Shown one piece after another: positions 48,400 to 61,082 of a stretch of DNA of 64,000 nt (within the stretch, counting starts at the first letter, position 1; each line of letters opens with the position of its first letter). Source of the DNA: Macrostomum lignano (lineage: Eukaryota). Position numbers and translations under genes: made by a program. The stretch spans positions 1-64,000 of the forward strand of contig NIVC01000282.1 in assembly GCA_002269645.1 (NCBI GenBank). Direction: 5' to 3'. Under the pieces are notes generated by a model. The model was given only the letters and a program-made list of their open reading frames with translations. It was not told the DNA's origin and did not search any database.

Positions 48400-48600
48400 A
48401 ATCAACAGGTATTTCTTAGAATCGACAGGTATTTCTTAGAATCGAAAGGTATTTCTTAGAATCGACAGGTATTTCTTAGAATCGACAGGTATTTCTTAGA
48501 ATCGAAAGGTATTTCTTAGAATCGAAAGGTATTTCTTAAAATCGACAGGTATTTCTTAGAATCGAAAGGTATTTCTTTGAATCGACAGGTATTTATTAGA
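48400..48600. repeat. 20-bp minisatellite (aggtatttcttagaatcgac)
   Basis: About 10 copies. Confidence 0.9.
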
Positions 48601-48711
48601 ATCAAGAGGAATCAGAATACGGCTTGAACAATTTCCAAGTACAAACTATAGGCAATATTAACCATCTCAGTAGTTCATATTAATTGAGCATCGTTGAGAA
48701 CAGACTCTGAC

Positions 48712-51700
48712 TCAGCCTCTGTGTTCATTCATGGCCAAAGTTTTCCCAATCGTGATGGCCGACACAGCACAGCCAAAAGCCGTGTCAGCCGGCATCAGCT
48801 CGACCTGCGGGCGCGAGGTTCGGAAAGTTGCGCCTATTCCTCCGATTTATGGATCTATTTTCAGGAAATGTTCTCGGATCGAACTCAGGATTTAATTCAG
48901 TTTTTTTTCTCGAATTTAAGTGCAAGTATTGATTTTGGAGCTGTCGGAGATCAATTTCGTGACTGCTTTGGGATCGATTTTGGGACTTTTTTGGGATCAG
49001 TTTTGGGACCGCTTTGGGATTGAGTTTGAGACTGCTTTGGAATTGATTTTGGGACTGTTTTGGGATCGATTTTGGGACTTTTTTGGGATCAGTTTTGGGA
49101 CCGCTTTGAGATCGATTTTGGGACTGCTATGAGATTGATTTGGGACTGCTTTGGAATTGATTTTGGGACTGTTTTGGGATCGATTTTGGGACTTTTTTGG
49201 GATCAGTTTTGGGACCGCTTTGAGATCGATTTTGGGACTGCTATGAGATTGATTTGGGACTGCTTTGGAATTGATTTTGGGACTGTTTTGGGATCGATTT
49301 TGGGACTGTTTTGGGATCAATTTTGGGACTGCTTTGGGATTGATTTTGGGACTGTTTTGGGATTCATTTTGGGACTGTTTTGGGATCAAGTTTGAGACTG
49401 CTTTGGGATCAGTTTCGGGACTGCTTTGGGATCAGTTTCGGGACTGGTTTGGGATCAGTTTCGGGACTGGTTTTGGATCAGTTTCGGGACTGCTTTGGGG
49501 TCAAGTTTGAGACTGATTTGGGATCAGTTTTGGGACTGCTTTGGGATCAATTTCGGGACTGGTTTGGGATCAATTTCGGGACTGGTTTGGGATCAGTTTC
49601 GGGACTGCTTTGGGATCAGTTTTGGGACTGCTTTGGGATCAATTTCGGGACTGCTTTGGGATCACTTTCGAGATTGATCTTTCTGTGACAAACTTTCGGG
49701 ACCAACAGACGTCTCTCCTCACCTTGAACGGGTAGATGCTGTTGATGGGGCTGGCAAATTCGTCCAGCGTCTCCTGCAGGCTGGGCAGCAGCTGGCCGAT
49801 CTGGAACATGGCCCCGCAGTAGGCCACCACCATTCGTTCGGGCAGCAGCTTGCCGTACACGCGCTGGGCCACCGCCATGATGCAGCTGGCCAGCATGGTG
49901 GCACTGCGCTTCACAATGGCCTGACAGACTTGGGCGAGCTTCTCCGCCTCCTTTGGCTGGATCTGATAGCGCTCAAGCGGGTCGAGGAAAGCCTGATTTG
50001 GAGGGGGGGTTTGGGAACAGGGCAAGTTTGTACCTGTTAGATAATACTAGCTAACCTGTTAGACAGGGTAGTTTAGAATATTTTAGCTAATGTTAGACAC
50101 TAGCTTTTAGACCCAGCTGTTACATATTATAGCTGTTAGACACTAGCTGTTAGAAACTAGCTGTTAGACACTAGCTGTTAGACACTAGCTGTTAAAAAAT
50201 GTAGCTGTTAGACACTATAGCTGTTAGACACTAGCTGTTGGACACTATAGCTGTTAGACACTAGCTGTTGGACACTATAGCTGTTAGACACTATAGCTGT
50301 TAGACACTATAGCTGTTAGACACTATAGCTGTTAGACACTATAGCTGTTAGACACTATAGCTGTTAGACACTATAGCTGTTAGATACTATAGCTGTTAGA
50401 CACTATAGCTGTTAGAAACTATAGCTGTTAGACACTAGCTGTTAGACACTATAGCTGTTAGACACTATAGCTGTTGGACACTATAGCTGTTAGACACTAG
50501 CTGTTAGACACTATAGCTGTTAGACACTAGCTGTTGGACACTATAGCTGTTAGACACTATAGCTGTTAGACACTATAGCTGTTAGACACTATAGCTGTTA
50601 GACACTAGCTGTTAGACACTATAGCTGTTAGACACTATAGCTGTTAGACACTAGCTGTTGGACACTATAGCTGTTAGACACTATAGCTGTTAGACACTAT
50701 AGCTGTTAGACACTATAGCTGTTAGACACTATAGCTGTTAGACACTATAGCTGTTAGACACTATAGCTGTTAGACACTATAGCTGTTAGACACTATAGCT
50801 GTTAGACACTATAGCTGTTAGACACTATAGCTGTTAGACACTATAGCTGTTAGACACTATAGCTGTTAGACACTATAGCTGTTAGACACTATAGCTGTTA
50901 GATACTATAGCTGTTAGACACTATAGCTGTTAGACACTATAGCTGTTAGAAACTATAGCTGTTAGACACTAGCTGTTGGACACTATAGCTGTTAGACACT
51001 ATAGCTGTTAGACACTATAGCTGTTAGACACTATAGCTGTTAGACACTAGCTGTTAGACACTAGCTGTTGGACACTAGCTGTTAGACACTATAGCTGTTA
51101 GACACTGTAGCTGTTATACACTATAGCTATTAGACACTATAGCTGTTAGACACTATAGCTGTTAGACACTATAGCTGTTAGACACTATAGCTGTTAGATA
51201 CTATAGCTGTTAGACACTATAGCTGTTAGACACTATAGCTGTTAGACACTATAGCTGTTAGACACTATAGCTGTTAGATACTATAGCTGTTAGACACTAT
51301 AGCTGTTAGACACTATAGCTGTTAGACACTAGCTGTTAGACACTAGCTGTTGGACACTAGCTGTTAGACACTATAGCTGTTAGACACTATAGCTGTTAGA
51401 CACTATAGCTGTTAGACACTATAGCTGTTAGACACTATAGCTGTTAGATACTATAGCTGTTAGACACTATAGCTGTTAGACACTATAGCTGTTGGACACT
51501 ATAGCTGTTAGACACTATAGCTGTTAGATACTATAGCTGTTAGACACTATAGCTGTTAGACACTATAGCTGTTAGACACTATAGCTGTTAGACACTATAG
51601 CTGTTAGATACTATAGCTGTTAGACACTATAGCTGTTAGATACTATAGCTGTTAGACACTATAGCTGTTGGACACTATAGCTGTTAGACACTATAGCTGT

Positions 51701-54700
51701 TAGACACTATAGCTGTTAGACACTATAGCTGTTAGACACTATAGCTGTTAGACACTATAGCTGTTAGATACTATAGCTGTTAGACACTATAGCTGTTAGA
51801 CACTATAGCTGTTAGACACTATAGCTGTTAGACACTATAGCTGTTAGACACTATAGCTGTTAGACACTATAGCTGTTAGACACTATAGCTGTTAGACACT
51901 ATAGCTGTTAGACACTATAGCTGTTAGATACTATAGCTGTTAGACACTATAGCTGTTAGATACTATAGCTGTTAGACACTATAGCTGTTAGACACTATAG
52001 CTGTTAGATACTATAGCTGTTAGACACTATAGCTGTTAGACACTATAGCTGTTAGACACTATAGCTGTTAGACACTATAGCTGTTAGACACTATAGCTGT
52101 TAGATACTATAGCTGTTAGACACTATAGCTGTTAGATACTATAGCTGTTAGACACTATAGCTGTTAGACACTATAGCTGTTAGACACTAGCTGTTGGACA
52201 CTATAGCTGTTAGACACTATAGCTGTTAGACACTATAGCTGTTAGACACTATAGCTGTTAGACACTAGCTGTTAGACACTAGCTGTTGGACACTAGCTGT
52301 TAGACACTATAGCTGTTAGACACTGTAGCTGTTATACACTATAGCTATTAGACACTATAGCTGTTAGACACTATAGCTGTTAGACACTATAGCTGTTAGA
52401 CACTATAGCTGTTAGATACTATAGCTGTTAGACACTATAGCTGTTAGACACTATAGCTGTTAGACACTATAGCTGTTAGACACTATAGCTGTTAGATACT
52501 ATAGCTGTTAGACACTATAGCTGTTAGACACTATAGCTGTTAGACACTAGCTGTTAGACACTAGCTGTTGGACACTAGCTGTTAGACACTATAGCTGTTA
52601 GACACTATAGCTGTTAGACACTATAGCTGTTAGACACTATAGCTGTTAGACACTATAGCTGTTAGATACTATAGCTGTTAGACACTATAGCTGTTAGACA
52701 CTATAGCTGTTGGACACTATAGCTGTTAGACACTATAGCTGTTAGATACTATAGCTGTTAGACACTATAGCTGTTAGACACTATAGCTGTTAGACACTAT
52801 AGCTGTTAGATACTATAGCTGTTAGACACTATAGCTGTTAGATACTATAGCTGTTAGACACTATAGCTGTTAGACACTATAGCTGTTAGACACTAGCTGT
52901 TGGACACTATAGCTGTTAGACACTATAGCTGTTAGACACTATAGCTGTTAGACACTATAGCTGTTAGACACTAGCTGTTAGACACTAGCTGTTGGACACT
53001 AGCTGTTAGACACTATAGCTGTTAGACACTGTAGCTGTTATACACTATAGCTATTAGACACTATAGCTGTTAGACACTATAGCTGTTAGACACTATAGCT
53101 GTTAGACACTATAGCTGTTAGATACTATAGCTGTTAGACACTATAGCTGTTAGACACTATAGCTGTTAGACACTATAGCTGTTAGACACTATAGCTGTTA
53201 GATACTATAGCTGTTAGACACTATAGCTGTTAGACACTATAGCTGTTAGACACTAGCTGTTAGACACTAGCTGTTGGACACTAGCTGTTAGACACTATAG
53301 CTGTTAGACACTATAGCTGTTAGACACTATAGCTGTTAGACACTATAGCTGTTAGACACTATAGCTGTTAGACACTATAGCTGTTAGACACTATAGCTGT
53401 TAGACACTATAGCTGTTGGACACTATAGCTGTTAGACACTATAGCTGTTAGATACTATAGCTGTTAGACACTATAGCTGTTAGACACTATAGCTGTTAGA
53501 CACTATAGCTGTTAGACACTATAGCTGTTAGATACTATAGCTGTTAGACACTATAGCTGTTAGATACTATAGCTGTTAGATACTATAGCTGTTAGACACT
53601 ATAGCTGTTAGACACTATAGCTGTTAGACACTATAGCTGTTAGACACTAGCTGTTAGACACTATAGCTGTTAGACACTATAGCTGTTAGATACTATAGCT
53701 GTTAGACACTATAGCTGTTAGACACTATAGCTGTTAGACACTATAGCTGTTAGACACTATAGCTGTTAGACACTATAGCTGTTAGACACTATAGCTGTTA
53801 GACACTATAGCTGTTAGATACTATAGCTGTTAGACACTATAGCTGTTAGATACTATAGCTGTTAGACACTATAGCTGTTAGACACTATAGCTGTTAGACA
53901 CTATAGCTGTTAGACACTATAGCTGTTAGATACTATAGCTGTTAGACACTATAGCTGTTAGATACTATAGCTGTTAGACACTATAGCTGTTGGACACTAT
54001 AGCTGTTAGACACTATAGCTGTTAGACACTATAGCTGTTAGACACTATAGCTGTTAGACACTATAGCTGTTAGACACTATAGCTGTTAGATACTATAGCT
54101 GTTAGACACTATAGCTGTTAGACACTATAGCTGTTAGACACTATAGCTGTTAGACACTATAGCTGTTAGACACTATAGCTGTTAGACACTATAGCTGTTA
54201 GACACTATAGCTGTTAGACACTATAGCTGTTAGACACTATAGCTGTTAGATACTATAGCTGTTAGACACTATAGCTGTTAGATACTATAGCTGTTAGACA
54301 CTATAGCTGTTAGATACTATAGCTGTTAGACACTATAGCTGTTAGACACTATAGCTGTTAGACACTATAGCTGTTAGACACTATAGCTGTTAGACACTAT
54401 AGCTGTTAGACACTATAGCTGTTAGACACTATAGCTGTTAGACACTATAGCTGTTAGACACTATAGCTGTTAGATACTATAGCTGTTAGACACTATAGCT
54501 GTTAGATACTATAGCTGTTAGACACTATAGCTGTTAGACACTATAGCTGTTAGACACTATAGCTGTTAGACACTATAGCTGTTAGACACTATAGCTGTTA
54601 GACACTATAGCTGTTAGACACTATAGCTGTTAGATACTATAGCTGTTAGACACTATAGCTGTTAGATACTATAGCTGTTAGACACTATAGCTGTTAGACA

Positions 54701-57700
54701 CTATAGCTGTTAGATACTATAGCTGTTAGACACTATAGCTGTTAGACACTATAGCTGTTAGACACTATAGCTGTTAGATACTATAGCTGTTAGACACTAT
54801 AGCTGTTAGACACTATAGCTGTTAGACACTATAGCTGTTAGACACTATAGCTGTTAGATACTATAGCTGTTAGACACTATAGCTGTTAGACACTATAGCT
54901 GTTAGACACTATAGCTGTTAGACACTATAGCTGTTAGACACTAGCTGTTAGACACTAGCTGTTGGACACTAGCTGTTAGACACTATAGCTGTTAGACACT
55001 ATAGCTGTTAGACACTATAGCTGTTAGACACTATAGCTGTTAGACACTATAGCTGTTAGATACTATAGCTGTTAGACACTATAGCTGTTAGACACTATAG
55101 CTGTTAGACACTATAGCTGTTAGACACTATAGCTGTTAGATACTATAGCTGTTAGACACTATAGCTGTTAGACACTATAGCTGTTAGACACTATAGCTGT
55201 TAGACACTATAGCTGTTAGATACTATAGCTGTTAGACACTATAGCTGTTAGACACTATAGCTGTTAGACACTATAGCTGTTAGACACTATAGCTGTTAGA
55301 TACTATAGCTGTTAGACACTATAGCTGTTAGACACTATAGCTGTTAGACACTATAGCTGTTAGACACTATAGCTGTTAGATACTATAGCTGTTAGACACT
55401 ATAGCTGTTAGATACTATAGCTGTTAGATACTATAGCTGTTGGACACTAGCAGTTAGACAATTATCTGTTAGCTGTTAGACAATCCTTACCTGCAATTCC
55501 TTAGCCAGTTGATCTTTGCTCGGCTCCTTTACAGTCGCGTACCTGTCGCACACGTAGAAGACCTCAAAGCAGTTTGCGGAGCTCAGCAGATCTGGGAAAC
55601 CTGCCCCAACCACTTCAAGTTTGCGCATAGTCTTGATGCTGTTCCTGAGCAGTTGCGGGTACCAGCAGCCCGAGGACAGGCACTCCCAGCGCATCGAATC
55701 GCCGGGTTTGGCTTCCTCCAGCACGTTTTTCTCGATGTTGTTCAGAAAATTGCTCAGCTCGCCCTTCTCCCCGCAGCGCATGCCGGCCTCGGGGTTCACC
55801 ACCACGCAGAAGCCGCCGTTCCTTGGCGACCGCAGCAGCAGCCTGCGGTCAGTGGTGCACGAGTCTAGAAAGTCTTGATCAGTCTCCAGGAAGGACACGT
55901 TCGCGCCGCTGCGCGTTGTGACGACGCTGATTGAGCAGTCCGAGGTGGAGATACGTCTGCTGTACACCGAGTGCACCCCGTAGAGCAGTGTGCAGACTGC
56001 GTCATTGAGCACAGTTACAATCTTCACCTTCAGCCCGTGCTTGTCCATGGATTTCTGCACGAGGGGGGATTTGTGAGGATAAGAAAGAGAACGGGATTTG
56101 TGAGTTGGGGATTCGGGAAACGGGGAAAATACGGGGATTTGGGAAGTGGGGGAGAGACAGGGATTTTGTAAGTGGGATAGAGAACGGGATTTGGGAAATG
56201 GGAAAGAGACGGGGATTTGGGAAATGGGTAAGAGAACGGGATTTGGGGAATGGGGAAGAGACATGGATTCGGGAGGTGGGGAAGAGACATGGATTCGGGA
56301 GGTGGGGAAGAGACATGGATTCGGGAGGTGGGGAAGAGACATGGATTCGGGAGGTGGGGAAGAGACATGGATTCGGGAGGTGGGGAAGAGACATGGATTC
56401 GGGAGGTGGGGAAGAGACATGGATTCGGGAGGTGGGGAAGAGACATGGATTCGGGAGGTGGGGAAGAGACATGGATTCGGGAGGTGGGGAAGAGACATGG
56501 ATTCGGGAGGTGGGGAAGAGACATGGATTCGGGAGGTGGGGAAGAGACATGGATTCGGGAGGTGGGGAAGAGACAGGGATTCGGGAGGTGGGGAAGAGAC
56601 ATGGATTCGGGAGGTGGGGTAGAGACATGGATTCGGGAGGTGGGGAAGAGACATGGATTCGGGAGGTGGGGAAGAAGCCTATCCATATACTAAAAATTGT
56701 CTCATCTATGGATCTCAGCTAAATGACTGCTCGCTCATTTCGGCACCTCAAGGGTTCACACAAGCCAATCACTGATTCGCCCCACCTGAAAGCTGGCCAC
56801 AAAATCGCAGTTGATGAAATTCTCCATCTTGTAGTCTTTGAAAGTTTTCCCAACTCGCGCCTCGGCCGGCGAAATCTGCGGCTTCAGTCGAGCGTCGAAG
56901 CCGGCGACGATGCCCATGTAGATGGGGTCCGCCTGCGCCTGCAGCCCATTCTCCTGCAGCACCTGGCGGACGCAGATCGCAGTGAAGTCGCAATAGACGG
57001 ACATTGGGGCGCGGCGCAGGGAGGGAGTCAGCACGAATGCGCGGCGGTCGACTGGCCGGAATTCGGTGGTGTCGCGACTGGTCTCCGACTGCCGGATGTT
57101 GCAAACGGCCACCTGAACAGCGGGTCAGGCTGGAACTGCTGGCAAGTGAGCTCCTACAATCCTCCCTAATCATATAATCCCACCTGTATGTACTCTTCGG
57201 CGATATTTTAGCAGGCACTCATTTTGGCGCCGCAGGCACTCATTATGACGCCGCAGGCACTCATTTTAGCGCCGCAGGCACTCATTTTAGCGCCGCAGGC
57301 ACTCATTTTGGCGCCGCAGGCACTCATTTTGGCGCCGCAGGCACTCATTTTGGCGCCGTAAACATTCATTTTAGCGCCGCAGGCACTCATTTTGGCGCCG
57401 TAAACATTAATTTTAGCGCCGCAGGCACTCATTTTGGCGCCACAGGCACTCATTTTGGCGCCGCAGGCACTCATTTTAGCGCCGCAGGCAGGCACTCATT
57501 ATGACGCCGCAGGCACTCATTATGGCGCCGCAGGCACTCATTTTGGCGCCGCAGGCACTCATTTTGGCGCCGCAGGCACTCATTTTGGCGCTGCAGGCAC
57601 TCATTTTAGCGCCGCAGGCACTCATTTTGGCGCCGCAGGCACTCATTTTGGCGCCGCAGGCACTCATTATGACGCCGCAGGCACTCATTTTAGCGCCGCA

Positions 57701-59663
57701 GGCACTCATTTTAGCGCCGCAGGCACTCATTTTGGCGCCGCAGGCACTCATTTTGGCGCCGCAGGCACTCATTTTAGCGCCGCAGGCACTCATTTTGGCG
57801 CCGCAGGCACTCATTTTAGCGCCGCAGGCACTCATTTTGGCGCCGCAGGCACTCATTTTGGCGCCGCAGGCACTCATTTTGGCGCCGCAGGCACTCATTT
57901 TGGCGCCGCAGGCACTCATTTTGGCGCCGCAGGCACTCATTTTGGCGCCGCAGGCACTCATTTTGGCGCCGCAGGCACTCAATAATTGCCTCATGGTTTT
58001 TGGTACCCGCCGCGCCCAACCCCACCCCCACACCCCCAGGTGATTGGGGGGGGGGCCGCGGCCGCCCCGGTTCCCACCTGGCTACGCCACTGGTACCAGG
58101 GGCTCGGGAGGGGGGTGGGGCAAGAGTCACTGAGCTGCTCTGTCCTGTCTACCATGCCTCACTAATATATTCAGTAAGTCTTGAATTATGTTTTTATTTT
58201 CTCTTCCTCAACTCCCGAAACTCATTATCTTCCCAGATTAGAAATCCCTTCCCATTCTCTCAGATCCATCACATCCCATCCGATCTAGTCCAATCCCATC
58301 CCATCCCATCTGATCTAGCCAAATCCCATCTCATCCCATCCGATCTAGTCCAATCCCATCCCATCCCATCCCATCCCATTTCATCCCATCCCATCCCATC
58401 CCATCCCATCCCATCCCATCCCATCCCATCTTATCCCATCCCATCCCATCTCATCCCATCCCATCCCATCCCATCCCATCCCATCTTATCCCATCCCATC
58501 CCATCCCATCCCATCCCATCCCATCTTATCCCATCCCATCCCATCCCATCCCATCCCATCCCATCCCATCCCATCTCATCCCATCCCATCCCATCCCATC
58601 CCATTTCATCTCATCCCACCCAGTCCAATTCCATCCCGGAATCCCATACAGTCCAGTCTCACTCCGGAAATCTCATCTCATCTTATCTCACCCCAGAAAT
58701 CTCATCTCATCCTATCTCATCCCGGAAATCTCATCCCATCCTATCTCATCCCGAGAATCTTATCTCAACCTAACTCATCCCGAGAATCTTATCTCATCCT
58801 ATCTCACCCCGGAAATCTCATCTCATCCAATCTCATCCCGGAAATCTCATCCCATCCTATCTCTTCGCATCTCATCGCGCACTTGAAAAAAATTGTCGTT
58901 GCAGCCAAAGTCCAGCGACAGGCATTTCCCGGCCACGCGGCCGACCGGCAGTATGGGGACGTAGGACCAGTGGATCGGGACCCCGTCGGCGCCTCGCTGC
59001 CTGAAGGTGTCAACCAGATCGAAGTCACGAATGATCAACAATATGATTCCGCGAATTTTGACATGATTTCCAGACTGAACTTACTTGACCAGGTCGTCAA
59101 TGTTCTTTTTTAAACTGGCCACCAAGTTCTCCATCTCACTGAGCGACATCGCGAATTCCTTGAGGAAACACTCGACCTGTGGCGTTGTGACAGCAATAAG
59201 CGAATTATTTGGTGCTGAGTATGGGATCGTGGCAGCTGCAGATCTGCTGCTGATGTCAAGCCCACATGCGGATGCAGGAATAGAATGGATTGCTAATCTA
59301 GCCCATATGCGGATGCAGGAATAGAATGGATTGCTAATCTAGCCCATATGCGGATGCAGGAATAGAATGGATTGCTAATCTAGCCCACATGCGGATGCAG
59401 GAATAGAATGGATTGCTAATCTAGCCCATGCGGATGACAGAAACCCTCACCGGGTCCTCAGCCGGCTCGCTTTTGTTAGACTCCGCTACACTGTTCTTGG
59501 CTCGTTTCGCGTCCTGCTCAATGGAATAAACACTTTTATTGATGGAGCTGACATCGTAGGCTGACATGGCGCTGTTGTCCGGCTGAGGCGCTGAGTAGCT
59601 GTTGAGCACTGCGGTTGCAGCCGCCAGAGCACCACCTGACTCTGAAGCCAAGATCGACTGCAT
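48712..59663 (-). CDS. Divergent hexokinase-family protein, 558 aa, 7 exons (59663-59451, 59176-59085, 59000-58883, 57112-56786, 56054-55491, 49992-49723, 48804-48712)
   Basis: The motif order matches hexokinase: WSYVPILPVG..LSLDFGCNDNF; YCDFTAICVRQVL; MGIVAGF; TFKDY; VTVLNDAVCTL; TRSGANVSFLE; VNPEAG; WECLSSG; VCQAIVKRSATMLA; VAYCG; AFGCAVSA. Phases 0,2,0,0,0,0 are consistent and the total of 1677 nt is divisible by 3. Confidence 0.82.
48960..49670. repeat. 11/22-bp minisatellite (tttgggactgctttgggatcaa) in hexokinase-like intron 6
   Basis: Tandem array. Confidence 0.92.
50080..55480. repeat. 5.4-kb 15/17-bp satellite (agctgttagacactat) filling hexokinase-like intron 5
   Basis: About 320 copies between the donor at 55490 and the acceptor at 49993. 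Confidence 0.97.
56250..56675. repeat. 26-bp minisatellite (gagacatggattcgggaggtggggaa) in hexokinase-like intron 4
   Basis: About 16 copies. Confidence 0.94.
57210..57980. repeat. 21-bp minisatellite (ggcactcattttggcgccgca) in hexokinase-like intron 3
   Basis: About 36 copies. Confidence 0.95.
58270..58870. repeat. (CCATC)n and derived ctcatcccgg array in hexokinase-like intron 3
   Basis: Visible array. Confidence 0.9.
59265..59430. repeat. 41-bp repeat, about 4 copies, in hexokinase-like intron 1
   Basis: Period 41 (59281 to 59322). Confidence 0.9.
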
Positions 59664-59789
59664 AACCCTTTTCTATTGGTTTTGACACTGAGCGTTCGAA
59701 TTTAGATTAGCTTTTTTTCAATAATCTTCACAATGTTGATATTGATATAATATTGAAACTTCTACTTGGCAAATTTAAAAAAACAGTTT

Positions 59790-59906
59790 TGTCTATGGTA
59801 AAATCTTCTTTTTGAATAATCTAAAAAAAGGAATAAATATTGTAAAGAACGGACAACATTTTCTAAAAGTTTCCAGAGTGAAATCTTGTATGGATTTGCC
59901 ATAGAC
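59790..59906. mobile_element. Short TIR element (TGTCTATGG...CCATAGACA) upstream of the hexokinase-like gene
   Basis: tgtctatggtaaaatc / gatttgccatagaca. The same GTCTATGG/CCATAGAC termini occur at 24100, 24645, 24663, 24806 and about 25245. Confidence 0.45.
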
Positions 59907-59954
59907 AGATCTTTGAAAAGAAAGAAGGAAGGGAAGAAGAAAGACTGCGACTGA

Positions 59955-60432
59955 GTGATGGAGTGAGGTGGGTGAGGGAGTGAGGTGGGTGAGGAAGTGA
60001 GGTGGGTGAGGGAGTGAGGTGGGTGAGAGAGTGAGGTGGGTGAGGAAGTGAGGTGGGTGAGGGAGTGAGATGGTTGATGGAGTGAGGCGGGTGAGGGAGT
60101 GAGGCGGGTGAGGGAGTGAGGCGGGTGAGGGAGTGAGGCGGGTGAGGGAGTGAGGCGGGTGAGGGAGTGAGGCGGGTGAGGGAGTGAGGCGGGTAAGGGA
60201 GTGAGGCGGGTGAGGGAGTGAGGCGGGTGAGGAAGTGAGGCGGGTGAGAGAGTGAGGTGGGTGAGGGAGTGAGGTGGGTGAGGGAGCGAGGTGGGTGAGG
60301 GAGTGAGGTGGGTGAGGGAGTGAGGTGGGTGAGGGAGTGAGGAGTGTGAGGGAGTGAGGCGGGTGAGGGAGTGAGGACGGTGAGGGAGTGAGGCGGGTGA
60401 GGGAGTGAGGCGGGTGAGGGAGTGAGGTGGGG
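59955..60432. repeat. 17-bp G-rich minisatellite (gggagtgaggcgggtga) between divergently transcribed genes
   Basis: About 28 copies. Confidence 0.93.
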
Positions 60433-61082
60433 GAATGAGTGACTTTGGGGGAATTATTGGCGACTACGAGCTAGCTGTTGTAGGTAGCAGAGTCTCTGCC
60501 GGAGAGGAGAGGTGCAGCTGGCTGTGGCGCAAAGCATTATGCAAATTAAGGCAATGCACTGCTCACACAGTCTCAGCCAGAATCAAAATGAAAGCGAAGA
60601 CTTTGAAAGCATTTATTTGCCAAGGCGGCTTCTCAATTCTGGAACAATCGTGCTCATCTGTCTTGCTCATTCCTATTCTTCTTGTCTTTCTATTTTGCAT
60701 TCCATTTCTGCACAAAATTGGCATCTGTGGCCATCGCACAGTCGGCTGAGCTGGCTTCTGAGGGGCTGAGGGTGGGTGCTACCTGTACGCCGAATATGCA
60801 AATATTTCTCATCCCATCTCTCTTGAGACACAATGAATAGCCAGCCTCAGAGAGGTGAGTTCGGTGCACAAGCGAACTGCGGCATTGCAGCTCCGGGCGT
60901 GTGTCTCTGCTTTAAGACAGCCGCTGAGTCTGCTGCAAAATTTGCATCGGCAACCGAAGCACCGAAAAGCTTTTTTAAAAAGAATATAAAGACGCCAAAG
61001 CACTCAAGATTTTACCTGCCGACAAAGTTACAAGCCTTTAGTCTCGAGCATCAGGCATTGCTGTTAGCGTGTTAACTTTATC

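Noticed and set aside
57208-58043. MSACGAK / APQALIL / GAAGTHF repeat ORFs, and similar ORFs at 21214-21985, 42990-43703 and 56002-56722
   Set aside because: Minisatellite translations inside introns or UTR.
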